A stretch of 36,727 bases of DNA from Octopus sinensis (lineage: Eukaryota), in NCBI RefSeq assembly GCF_006345805.1, contig NW_021824680.1:1-36727 (forward strand). The letters are read 5' to 3'. A program made the position numbers and the translations under genes. This document shows positions 1 to 10,357 of the stretch, one piece after another (positions within the stretch are counted from its first letter, which is position 1; every line of letters starts with the position of its first letter). A model generated the notes under the pieces. It searched no databases, was not told the DNA's origin, and saw nothing but the letters and a program-made list of their open reading frames with translations.

Positions 1-134
1 TAAAATCATCTGTCGAAATACATTTTGGGCTTTGGGTCTTATCGTTATTTGTCTCCCAGGTTTTTTCATTGTGCAGAAACAAATGTTGTGATCTACTATA
101 TAATAATTATATCCTTCATCCTCGTGTTATATCG

Positions 135-152
135 TTCTGTCTATATAGATAT

Positions 153-201
<49 letters not shown>

Positions 202-209
202 GTATATAT

Positions 210-253
<44 letters not shown>

Positions 254-326
254 ATATATATATATGTCTGTATATATATATATATATATATAATATATAT
301 GTATGTATATATCTATATATCTATAC

Positions 327-363
<37 letters not shown>

Positions 364-510
364 CATATACATATCATATATAATATACACATACATATAT
401 ATATATATATATATGTGTGTGTGGCTGTGTGTGTGGGCTGTGGTGTGTGGGCTGTGTGTGTGTGGGCTGTGTGTGTGTGGCTGTGTGTGTGGGCTGTGTG
501 TGTGTGTGTT
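135..510. repeat. (TA)n microsatellite grading into (TG)n/(TGTGGGC)-like repeat
   Basis: Direct reading; it produces the poly-YI / poly-CV ORFs at 200-718. Confidence 0.95.
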
Positions 511-703
511 GGTGTGTTGATGTGATAATGTTCCCGTAACCTAGCAGTTCGGTAAAAGTGACCGATAGAATAAGTACCAGGCTGAAAAAAAGAAAGTAAA
601 AACAAGGGTCTATAGTTCGACTAAAAAATTCGTCTGGGGCAGCGGCACAATATGGCTGCAGTCTAATGACCGAAACAAGTAAAAGATAAAAGTAAATAAA
701 TAA
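511..703 (+). mobile_element. SINE family A, 3' half (degenerate)
   Basis: cccgtaacctagcagttcggtaaaag..gaccgatagaataagtacc..cagtctaatgaccgaaacaagtaaaaga matches the 3' halves at 10030-10168 and 22100-22257. Confidence 0.85.
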
Positions 704-754
704 ATGATGGCTAAACACGTAAGTCTAAGAATGGAGGTGACGGCATCACATGCA

Positions 755-801
755 TTCCTTTGTTACAATCGTTTCAACAGTACATGGTCCTGATCAAGGA
801 A
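755..801 (-). ncRNA. Possible decayed minimal hammerhead ribozyme
   Basis: Minus strand reads ttcctt-gatca-ggaccatgtactgtt-GAAAC-GATT-GTA-acaaaggaa. The 3' half and a potential long stem I (ttcctt/aaggaa) are present, but CUGANGA is broken. Confidence 0.3.
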
Positions 802-891
802 GCCGCTCGGATTTTAAAATCCCCTTTAATGGGATATATATGAATGTACAATGTACGTAGCCAGGGTCTTGGGTGGAATATATATATATAG

Positions 892-1100
892 TTAATCCAA
901 ACATGAAAACACAAAGAGAAAACACAACAACGCGAGGACGTGGAACAAGTGTAGTGTTATTGGACACTCAGGAAAGGAAAGAAAGAAGAGGGATTTAACG
1001 TTTCGAGCGGAGCTCTTCGTCAGAAACAGAAAAAGGAAAGGTCCAAGGAAGGGAAAACGGAGAAAGAAAATCGCCAACGATACACACGCGGTCACATATT
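892..1100 (-). mobile_element. Short non-autonomous hammerhead-bearing cassette (PLE pLTR-like), family 1
   Basis: Non-coding block between (TA)n runs that contains the hammerhead at 993-1027. A homologous decayed copy lies at 15433-15553. Confidence 0.65.
993..1027 (-). ncRNA. Minimal type I hammerhead ribozyme
   Basis: Minus strand: gttt CTGACGA a gagc-tcc-gctc GAAAC GTT aaat. Stem I GUUU/AAAU, stem II GAGC/GCUC, loopless helix III as the palindrome AACGUU, predicted cleavage after GUU. Confidence 0.8.
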
Positions 1101-2554
1101 GAATATATATATGTACGTATGCATATATATTTATATACACTCACACACACATACACACATATATTACGAGGACTGAATGTGGCTAAACAAAAGCACCGAG
1201 AACGTCAGCCTACTAGGAGCAGCATTTCCCGAAATTTTTATTTTAATTCTTTAGTAATCTGATATAGGTACAGTAAAATGTTTCACCCAGATACACAGCA
1301 ATACGCCAGTAGCGATTTGAAACTCCATGCTTATTAATCAGTCATTCGCATTTTATTAACATCAGAATGACGTCTCGCATACATCTAAAGATCTAAAGTG
1401 GTATCCATTACAATTAATCAGCCATTTCTATTCTAAAATCGTGCTGGCAGCGAGCATGCGTGAAATTGGTTTCCATTTCTGTTCAGGATTCATTTTGGAA
1501 TTGTGTTTGGTTTATAAATTAACCCTTTGTTCAATACATTCTTATTTAAATATTTGGTAATTTTAATTATGATGTACAATGGGGAATACGTCTGTGCAAT
1601 TGTTACTGACTATATACTCGACTAGACTATCAAATGCCTCTATGCTACGCTGGTCACAATACGCTTACATCGATTCTTTTATCGAGCTTTGTTTCTTATC
1701 AATCTGGGTCCGAATTGTATGACAATGTCGTCTGCGTAACATCTTAGAAGTCTTCTGATTGGTCACTTCCGATCTCTTAGAAGCTAATTTACAATTGCAC
1801 AGATTCACCTGTCGTCTGTGAACCTTGCGAGGTACTGCCCAGAGAATTTGGACTTTTTTTACTCAGCGATCTTGTTGTTTGTTACACACCTTTGGGAAAA
1901 TTCCTCGCCGATTATGTTTCGGTAGTGATATGAAACAATCGTAAGCAGGTCAGACAAAATTCTTTGCATCACCTTTTCGGACTCTTTTCCCTCTGAATTA
2001 ATGTTCCAGCGTGGTCCAATTGCTTTTCATTCATTCGGGCGATAAAATAAGAAACAACCAAGTACGGGGTCGATGTAATCGACTTATCCCTGCGATCCAC
2101 TCAAAATTACTGGCCTTGTGCCAAAATTTAAAACAATTTGCTTTGGCTATTGCATCCTGAGTTCAATCCTCGGAAGTTGCTAAAATGTTCGTTATATCCT
2201 GGCCATGAATCTTCTCTCTCACTGCCAGAAAGTCAGAAAGACACCGCGCTGTGTGAGAGCGATGGAAAGGAACCTCAGCCCTCTCTCTGTGTCTCACTTT
2301 TCTAGGAATAGAGAGAAGTTGAGCTACAAGTTTGTAACCCCCTTCTCGTCTCGCATAAAACCATATTTTATGTTACTTATTTCTTGTAGATATAATTTAG
2401 TTGTATTAGTGTATAAATTAGCATGATATTATATGATATATTACTATATTTGAATACGTTTAAACTTCGATATTTTTAATAATTAAATGACTATATTTTT
2501 TTTTATTAAAATCTATTAATTATAGTAATATAAATTAATTTAAATATATGTATG

Positions 2555-2588
<34 letters not shown>

Positions 2589-2589
2589 A

Positions 2590-2762
2590 ACGGGAAGCTT
2601 TATGAAAATAAACAAAAGACGAAGGCAGGTGGAATACAAACAAACAATTGTATTAGTATGGCGCTCAGGAATATAAATAAAACAAGTCTTTTACGTTTCG
2701 AGCCTACGCTCTTCAACAGAAAGATACACAGAAAAGAAACACGGAGAGAAACAAGGAGAGAA
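2590..2762 (-). mobile_element. Short hammerhead-bearing cassette, family 2
   Basis: Block of about 170 bp bounded by (TA)n on both sides (2548-2588 and 2763-2784), containing the hammerhead at 2687-2724. Confidence 0.6.
2687..2724 (-). ncRNA. Minimal type I hammerhead-like ribozyme with variant core (CUGUUGA)
   Basis: Minus strand: tcttt CTGTTGA a gagc-gtag-gctc GAAAC GTA aaaga. Perfect 5-bp stem I, 4-bp stem II, ACGU palindrome for helix III; core position 6 is U rather than A. Confidence 0.7.
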
Positions 2763-3347
2763 AATATATATATATATATATATAACACGAAAAAATATAC
2801 CTATCAATGGACTTTATGGCAGGAACCCTCTCCCCTACACCACCCACTCTTTAAACAAAGAAACAACAAATGTTCTTCGTCGACTAGTGGCAAACAGTTT
2901 CCCTAGCGTCCTCCGCAGTTTCGCTTATCCGTGACACTTCTCCTTGTGGAGTTAAGTCAACCAATTAAACACACCGTGCGACATATTTAGGATACATTTT
3001 ATCGACATGCAAGAAAGAAAAGACAGTGTTTTTGAAACCGAAGAATCGCAATTAAATGTCACTAATCTTTCCTACAACCCATCCCATTTGCTAACAAACA
3101 TTGATTTCTTTAGTTCTTGGAAGCAACTACGGTACCACGAGTATATATGTTATTCGGTTTCTGAAGTGGGGGTGGGTGGGTGATGAAAAGTGGACTTAAC
3201 CGCTGTTTAGCTTGAATTCAGTTATGTGGCCAATCACAAAATTGAATGATAAAAATAATAATAATCATTTCTACTAAGTTGTGTGTGTGGAGGGATAGTC
3301 GATCACATCGACCTCGTCACTTGATTGGTAATTAATTTATTGTTCAC

Positions 3348-3643
3348 AAGGCGGTGAACTGGCAGAAACGTTAGCACGCCGGGTGAAATGCGTAGCCGTA
3401 TTTCGTCTGCTGTTACATTCTGAGTTCAAATTCCGCCGAGGTCTACTTTGCCCTTCATCCTTTCGGGGTCGATTAAATAAGTACCAGTTACGCACTGGGG
3501 TCGATATAATCGACTTAATCCCTTTGTCTGTCCTTGTTTGTCCCCTCTGTGTTTAACCCCCTTGTGGGTAGTAAAGAAATAGAAATAGGAATTTCGCCTG
3601 CTGCTACGTTCTGAGTTCAAATTCCGCCTAGATCGACTTTGCC
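3348..3643 (+). mobile_element. SINE family B (tRNA-derived), full copy plus a partial second unit
   Basis: Head ggcggtgaactggcag, B box gagttcaaattcc, core ctttgcccttcatcctttcggggtcga, tail gtagtaaagaaatag; it then restarts at atttcgcctgctgctacgttctgag. Confidence 0.9.
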
Positions 3644-3660
3644 TTGTGAGTAGTAAAGAA

Positions 3661-3797
3661 ATAGGTACTTAATTTATTGACCCCGAATGGATGAAAGGCA
3701 AAGTCGACCATGGCGGAATTTGAACTCAGAACGTAAAAACAGACGAAATGCCGCTAAACATTTCCTCCGGTGTGCTAATGATCCTGCCAACACGCCG
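3661..3797 (-). mobile_element. SINE family B, 5' part, inverted
   Basis: Reverse complement of the family B head and core (gaccccga..ggatgaaaggcaaagtcgacc..ggcggaatttgaactcagaacgt). Confidence 0.85.
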
Positions 3798-4303
3798 TCA
3801 AAATCCCAAACAATCAACCGCCTCCTCTTCATGGGTGATTTCAAATTGTATGGCAAAGATGAGACACAAGTGAGTTCCTTGGTGAACACAGTCCACTGTT
3901 TTAGTACTGATATTAGAATAGAATTTGAACTCAAGAAATGCGGAGTAATCTAACTAAAAAGAGGCAAGGTACAGTCCCTAGAAGGGATAGAATTACCGAA
4001 TAGAGACTTGATTAAGCAAATTGAAACGGAAGGATACAAATACCTTAGTGTACTAGAGTGCAACGAGATAAACGGAAAACGAAATGAAAGAGCAACTGAG
4101 AATGGAGTATTTCCGAAGACTGAGGTTGGTGCTGCGCTCAAAATTATTTGGATGCAATAAAACATAAGCAGTTATTACGTGGGTGATAGCGTTACTTAGG
4201 TATGGAGCGGGAATTATAAAATGGCGAAAGAGAGAAATGAAGAAAATGGATACCAAGACCAGAAAAAATGTTGACAGTACACGGACCCTTCCATCCTAAG
4301 AGT
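3797..4303 (+). mobile_element. R4/Dong-clade non-LTR retrotransposon, reverse transcriptase C-terminal half (pseudogenised)
   Basis: Translates with stops and frameshifts as INRLLFMGDFKLYGKD..FSTDIRIEFELKKCGVI*LKRGK..GYKYLSVLE..EYFRRLRLVLRSKL..LLRYGAGIIKW..DTKTRK..FHPKS. This is the INHLLFMDDLKLY, YKYLG and HPKS pattern of RLE-type R4/Dong RTs; the YxDD-type motif has decayed to FMGD. Confidence 0.85.
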
Positions 4304-4305
4304 GG

Positions 4306-4430
4306 AACATTGTTGTGGTGAACAAAAAAGAAAGAACATGTATGATTATCGACATAGCATGCCACGGTGACAAAAGGATCAGTTTGAAAGAAGGAGGAGA
4401 AAATAAACAAGTACGACGATTTCAAGTGAG
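4306..4430 (+). mobile_element. R4/Dong restriction-like endonuclease catalytic segment
   Basis: (N)IVVVNKKERTCMIIDIACHGDKRISLKEG, then after a frameshift EKINKYDDFK*E. This fits the PD-x-D..K RLE motif region. Confidence 0.75.
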
Positions 4431-4501
4431 AAACACAAAGGTTGTGCATTATTTACATTATTTACATTTGACGGATATTTGTCCTCATCTTGTTTGTTGT
4501 T

Positions 4502-4547
4502 AACACAACGTTTCGGCTGATATACCCTCCAGCCTTCATCAGGTGTC
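4502..4547 (-). ncRNA. Minimal type I hammerhead ribozyme, family 3
   Basis: Minus strand: gacac CTGATGA a ggctg-gagggtatat-cagcc GAAAC GTT gtgtt. Intact core, stem I GACAC/GUGUU, stem II GGCUG/CAGCC, AACGUU palindrome for helix III. Confidence 0.85.
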
Positions 4548-4586
4548 TTGGGGAAATTTTGAACCTGGTTTCTCATTCTCATTCGA

Positions 4587-4617
<31 letters not shown>

Positions 4618-4657
4618 ATTATTATTATTATTATTATATTATTATTATTATTATTAT

Positions 4658-4753
4658 TCAGGTCACTGCCTGGAATCGAACTCGGAATCTTGGGGTTAGT
4701 AGCCCGCGCTCTTAACCCCAAGATACCGAGTTCGATTCCAGGCAGTGACCTGA
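4658..4753. mobile_element. tRNA-derived SINE head folded back on itself (41-bp inverted arms, 14-nt loop)
   Basis: Arms 4658-4698 and 4713-4753 are reverse complements with one mismatch. The minus strand reads ggttaagagcgcgggctactaaccccaagattccGAGTTCGATTCCaggc (tRNA-like D-arm end, anticodon arm, B box). Confidence 0.85.
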
Positions 4754-4843
4754 TATAATAATAATAATATATAATATAATAATAATATAATAATAATAAA
4801 TAATAATAGTAAAATAATAATAAAAATAATATAATAATAATAA

Positions 4844-4884
<41 letters not shown>

Positions 4885-4893
4885 TAATAATAA
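4754..4893. repeat. (AAT)n microsatellite
   Basis: Direct reading; it mirrors the (GTT)n(ATT)n run at 4586-4657. Confidence 0.95.
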
Positions 4894-5054
4894 TTTTTGT
4901 CTTCGAATTATTGTTATTAAAAAAAATTTACATATAACAAGAGACGGTGACTGGCAGAAAAGTTAGCTCTGAACAGGAAGGCCTCTCTACTAATGTCACT
5001 GCGCAAGCGGAAAACAAAACCAAAACGGTGGGTAGATGACAACAGTATTTTGAG

Positions 5055-5202
5055 CAAAGGTAGCATCTCAAGACAGTTACAATACCAGTGATTGTGGGAG
5101 CACTTGGTATGACCAGTAAAGGAATTAAAAATTAGTTGAGAATGATCCCTGCATTACCATTTAAGCAGGGAACATAAAAGATAGTATTAAGTGTTAACTG
5201 CA
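5055..5202 (+). mobile_element. R4/Dong RLE domain C-terminal segment
   Basis: HLKTVTIPVIVGALGMTSKGIKN*LRMIPALPFKQGT*KIVLS continues the RLE segment that ended at about 4430. Confidence 0.7.
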
Positions 5203-5338
5203 AACGTTAAGAGGCTGTATATGAAAAGAAAGAATGGTGGCAGAGGACTGATTAGTATAGACCATTTTGTAAAGAGTGAAAGGAGAACGCTTTCCGGAGT
5301 ATTTGATAAATAGTGATGAAGATCTGCTGCAATATACC
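5203..5338 (+). mobile_element. R4/Dong RT thumb segment
   Basis: NVKRLYMKRKNGGRGLISIDHFVKSERRTL, frameshift, EYLINSDEDLL. The RLY..R..GGRGL motif normally follows HPKS directly. Confidence 0.8.
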
Positions 5339-5513
5339 GGGAGCCATATTATTATTGATAATTTTAAATGCTAAACGTAGAACGATGGTGGTAATGATAA
5401 TCTCTGTGGTTATGGAAGCGACAAAATGCAAGCACGTTATTTATATACGTGTGTATGTACATACAAGTGTACGTGTATATACAAATAAAGAGAGAAAAAG
5501 AGAGATGAATGGA

Positions 5514-5830
5514 GCTATGGCCGATCATGGCGAAGGTTTCCCGCCCGGCACGTCCGAAACCGCTCGCATCAGGAGCAGTGATCTGGTTTCGGACGGTCGT
5601 TATGTCACAACAGATCACATACACGGCGTGCGCAAAAACAGACATAAGTGGACGAAGGAAGAGTACGGTACTCGTATTGAATGTCATGAAAGAGCAAAGC
5701 TGGAAGGAAGTCGCGGAGCTGGCCGAAGTACCTTGAAAATTTTGGATGGAAAAGTACATGTGTCCAATGTCGGAAAATAAATTAATGAACCTAGTGAGAG
5801 TGATTAGGAGGAAGGGTTACTTAACTGGAG
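5514..5830 (+). mobile_element. R4/Dong ORF N-terminal (Myb-like) region
   Basis: RHKWTKEEYGTRIECHERAK.., frameshift, WMEKYMCPMSENKLMNLVRVIRRKGYLTGVE resembles the R.KWT.EE..MECY..A and W..EQ.L..Q.R.I.RK..LT..E N-terminus of R4/Dong ORFs. Confidence 0.6.
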
Positions 5831-6196
5831 TAGAATGTGTCTCGGATTACAAAGGATGGTAGGAGTTGAAAGCAGAGTGGAGAGTAGATAGGAGGAACAA
5901 GGAAATGGGGTTGTTAAATGTCAACTGGGAGTTCTATAACAGTATCGATAGCAGATCGATCTGTTATCAGTCAACAACTGATAACAGATTGCTTTTATCA
6001 GTGTGTAACGACAAGATTGCAGATTGAGAACAGCAGTGGAGGCAACAGCTATACTAACAAGAACAACAACAACAACAACAACAACAATAGTATTAATAAA
6101 ACTAAAAACTGATAACAATAACATCGACAACAAGAATACAACCAGTCATCATCACTCACAAACGAAAAAACCAGCATCAGAAACAATATATCATTC

Positions 6197-6566
6197 GTGA
6201 CTGTGTGGTAAGAGGCATGCTTACAGACCTCATGGTTCCGGGTTCAGTCCCACTGCGTGCCACCTTAGGTAAGTGTCTCCTACTATAGCCTCGTGACGAC
6301 CGAAGCCTTGTGAGTGGATTTGGTAAACGGAAACTGAATGAATCCCATTTCAAATAAATAAATAAATATGTGTGAGTATGTATGTGTGATTGTAAGTATG
6401 TTGTTGTCTGTGTTCGTCTCTCACCAACGCTTGATAACCGGCGTTGGTTTGTTTATATGCCTGTAACTTAGCGATACGGCAAAAGGAGACCGATAGAATA
6501 AGTACAAAGCTCTTTCAAGGCGATGCTCCAGCATGGTCGCAGTCTAATGACTGAACTACGAAAAAG
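6197..6566 (+). mobile_element. SINE family A (tRNA head, core with ccttgggcaagtgtc, internal microsatellite, LINE-type tail)
   Basis: gtggtaag..ggttccgggttcagtcccactgcgtg..gccttgtgagtggatttggta..gaccgatagaataagtac..ggcgatgctccagcatggtcgcagtctaatgactga. Confidence 0.9.
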
Positions 6567-6619
6567 GATAAAAGAAACAACAGCGACAATAGCATCAGCA
6601 ATGACAGGAACAACAATAA

Positions 6620-6650
6620 TAATAACAGCAGTAGTTGTAGCAGCAGCGAC

Positions 6651-6703
<53 letters not shown>

Positions 6704-6742
6704 CAGCAGCAGTAGCAGTAGTAGTAGCAGCAGCAGCAATAA
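6620..6742. repeat. (GTA)n/(GCA)n trinucleotide run
   Basis: Direct reading. Confidence 0.9.
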
Positions 6743-6749
6743 TATTGAT

Positions 6750-7368
6750 CACAAATTTAGGCAAGAAGGCCAGTAAGTTCCGGGAAGGAGGTGAGTCGAT
6801 TACATCAACTGGTACTTTTGTCGACCCCGAAAGGATGAAAGGCCAAATCGACCTCACTGGAATTTGAACTTAGAACGTAAAGACGGACGAAAAGCCCCGA
6901 GGCATTTAGCCTGGCGTGCTAACGAGCAGCAATAATAATATTCGTTTCTATTATAGGTACAAGGTCTGAATTTTTTTTGTGGGGAGGGGATAACTCTATT
7001 ACATCGACCCCAGTGCGTAACTGGTACTTATTTCATCAACCCCGAAAAGATGAAAGACAAAGTCGACCTCGGCAGGATTTGAACTGAGAACGTAATGGTG
7101 GACGAAATGCCGCTAAGCGTGATAGCGAGCAGCAACAGTGGTATCGATAAGAACAAATAGGTGGTGGGCTGGCAGAATCGTGAGCACACCCGGCAAAATG
7201 CTCAGGAACATTTCAACCATTTTCACGCTGAGTTAAAACTCCATTCAGGTCGACTTTGGCTTTTATCTTTTCGGGGTCGATAAAGTAATTACCAACTGAA
7301 CACTGGGGTTGATGTAATCGATTTATATCCTTCCCCGAAATTGCTGGTCTTGTGCCAAAATTGGAAAC
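6750..7368. mobile_element. Cluster of three SINE family B copies (6750-6930 minus, 6945-7120 minus, 7160-7368 plus)
   Basis: Each carries the gtcgac..ggaatttgaact..agaacg head and the gaccccgaaaggatgaaag core. Confidence 0.85.
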
Positions 7369-8190
7369 CAGTATTACAGGGTACACTGGTCCACAGGGAA
7401 TTTCAATCTCAGAGCCTAAATCAGTGAGGGACCTGGGTACCGACATGAATGATGATACCTCTTTCCAAGTGCACATTACCGTGATAGCGACAAAGTGCAG
7501 ACGACTGGCTGGCTGGATCCTGAGAACATTCTGAACCAGAGATAAAGAAACCATGATGGTCCTCTGGAGGACATTCATCCTCAGCCGCCTGGATTACTGC
7601 TCACAGCTATGGTCACCCACCAGTGTGAAATTAACAGCGGACCTTGAAGCAATCTAGAGTAGATTCACAAAGGAGATCGTCCCTTTGCAACTGCTCGACT
7701 ACTGGGAAAGGTTGAAATAGCTAAGACTACTCGCTGGAGAGAAGTCGGGAGGGGTATGCAGTAATATATATCTGGAAGATCCTGGAAGGAATTGTGCCAA
7801 GTTTTGGCATTGAAAGCTACACCAATGCCAGAACGGGACGACACTGTATAGTGCCAAAGATCCCAGTAACGCCATCACGCTTCAGGACCAGTTACTGCAA
7901 CAGCCTGGGTTTCAAGGGCCTACAGCTTTTTAATATTCTCCCAAAGTGCCTGAGGAACCAGCACAAAGTAGATGTAGGCGTTTTAAAATCAAAGCTGGAC
8001 CTCTTCTTGTCGAGAGTCCCAGATGAACCTACATCACGGCAAGAGGTGCAAATGAGGGTAGCTATATCAAACTCCATTCTTCACCAAGTGTCACACATTG
8101 GAGGAGGCTCTCAGTAATAACAGTGCAGCAAAACGGCGGTGCATCAGCATGGCCGCAGCTCTGAGCTGAAACTACAGGAAAAAAAAAAGA
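7366..8190 (+). mobile_element. 5'-truncated CR1/L2-group LINE: ORF2 C-terminus, 3' UTR and A tail (pseudogenised)
   Basis: SVRDLG..AGWILRTF*TRDK..SRLDYCSQLWSP..YWERLK*L..SLERSREGYAVIYIWKILEGIVP..KGLQLFNILPK..KSKLDLFLSRVPDEP..SNSILHQV; in-frame stops and one frameshift; ends in a stem-loop followed by an A-run. Confidence 0.9.
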
Positions 8191-8865
8191 AAAAAGGACA
8201 AGAACAACACCAACAACAAACATTTAGTGAATTTTTTTCCCTCGAAATTTATTCTGCCGTGCAAACTAATAATCCGTAATATTTCGGAGAGTTTGAAATG
8301 GCTGCCGACCCGCCGTATCCAAACTAAATATAAGAACATGTAAAAAGAAATAGAAAAAAAAGGCGTCCTAAGTAAACCAACAGGAAAAGAGGAAACAAAA
8401 TTCTAACAAAAAATATGTATAAATAGTAAAGTATAAAATATAACATAGAAAGTTCAAATTGTAAATAAATTGAACCAAGAGAAAATAAAGAATTAAAATG
8501 TTCCAGAAGATATATTCTATCGGTGCAAAGGAATCAATCAAATTTAATCCCGTGTCAATGGAAGAAAGAAAGAAAAGAAAAAAAGAAGGAAAGTAAGATA
8601 GAAAGAGGTTTGAATGCGAGTCGTTTAAAACACTGCATTCTGCCATGTCTTAAAGTCGGAAAACCTGAAACTTATGTTCGGGGAAAATAAAAATTTTGGA
8701 AGACGTATTTTTTTATTTGTTTATTTTCGAAAAGCGAGAAATGGAACGCTAAATATTTGGAAATTAAATATGTATTATGTTATGTGTGTAGAGGTTGGTG
8801 GGAGGGGGGATGATGTATTTCCCTTCATCTGTCTTTTAAAAAAATATTATTGGCAATATGTAACG

Positions 8866-8945
8866 GATAGCTTTAGCAACGCCGGGCAAAATGCTTAGCT
8901 GCGTTTCGTCTGTCTTCATGTTCTGAGTTCAAATTCTGCGGACCT
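8866..8945 (+). mobile_element. SINE family B head fragment
   Basis: ctttagcaacgccgggcaaaatgcttagc..tttcgtctgtc..gttctgagttcaaattctgc. Confidence 0.75.
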
Positions 8946-8964
8946 GGGTGCAACCGATACCTAT

Positions 8965-9236
<272 letters not shown>

Positions 9237-9751
9237 GCATATTTATATATAGTAGGCGCAGTACAGCCGAGTGGTTAATAAATTCGTGACAAACCACGAT
9301 ATCTGAAGCTTTCAATCAGCGATTCTATGGAATGTTCCGGCATTTACAAATTTATTCAGGAGCAGGTAATTCGGTTGGTTTGAACTTCGACTTCCCTTCG
9401 CCAAACGACGGAGATCCAACATAAATCAAAATCAAAATTCAAGAATGGAGTTGGTGGTTTTACATTTTTATTCAACGCTTTACAATCGTTTCAATAACAC
9501 CGCGGGGTTGTGACAAATCCAATGACATGCATAAAAACACGAACGATATCAGTGGTAATGATAACCTTTGAAGGATTTAGACACACAAGAATATACATTC
9601 CCGGTTATTTATGGTGTGTTGCCATGGGAACCCTGGGGCAGCAAGCCACAGAACCGGCCAAAATAAACTATTGCTCTTTACGTTTTCAACAAGTATTTTT
9701 CCTGGCCGTTGATTGCCAACAGATATACATATAATGCCCGTATGTGTTTGC

Positions 9752-10168
9752 GAGTGTGACTGTGTGGTAAGTAGCTTGCTTACCAACCACATGGTTTCGG
9801 GTTCAGTCCCACTGCGTGGCACCTTGGGCAAGTGTCTTCTACTATAGCCTCGGGCCAACCAAAGACTTGTGAGTGAATTTGGTAGACGGAAATGAAAAGA
9901 AGCCCGTCGTATATATGTATATAATATATATATATATATATTATATATATATATATATATATGTGTGTGTTTGTGTGTCGTGTTTGTCCCCCACCAACGC
10001 TTTACAACCGATGTCGGTGTGTTTACGTCCCCGTAAATTATCGGTTCGGCAAAAGAGACTGATAGAATAAGTACTAGGCTTACAAAGAATAAGTGCTGGG
10101 GTCGATTTGCTCGACTAAAGGCGGTGCTCCATCATGGCCACAGTCAAATGACTGAAACAAGTAAAGAG
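9752..10168 (+). mobile_element. SINE family A, near full length
   Basis: Head ggtaagtagcttgcttaccaaccacatggtttcgggttcagtccc, internal (TA)n/(TG)n at about 9911-9975, tail ggcggtgctcc..cagtcaaatgactgaaacaagtaaagag. Confidence 0.92.
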
Positions 10169-10174
10169 AGTATG

Positions 10175-10357
10175 CGAGAAGAAATCAGTAACTGGAGAGT
10201 CTGTGGAATTTGGGATGAAACAATGGCACGCATTGTTGCCGAATGTCCCAAGTTGGCGCATTGAAAATATAAGAAATGGAGGCATGACGAAGCTGTCAAA
10301 ATTTTACACTGGAAACATTGTCAAAAATGGGGATTTGAAGCTGGAAGTACTTGGTAC
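10175..10357 (+). mobile_element. R4/Dong CCHC zinc-knuckle segment
   Basis: WRVCGIWDETMARIVAECPKLAH*KYKKWRHDEAVKILHWKHCQKWGFEAGSTWY matches CR.C...ET..HI...C..LA...YK..RHD......HW..C..WY. Confidence 0.8.

Noticed and set aside
1160-1340. Mariner-like terminus starting TACGAGG
   Set aside because: No matching inverted end or transposase sequence was found.
2790-2950. Possible GIY-YIG C-terminus (PINGLY) and hammerhead-like gaaac on the minus strand
   Set aside because: The peptide match is too short and there is no CUGANGA core.
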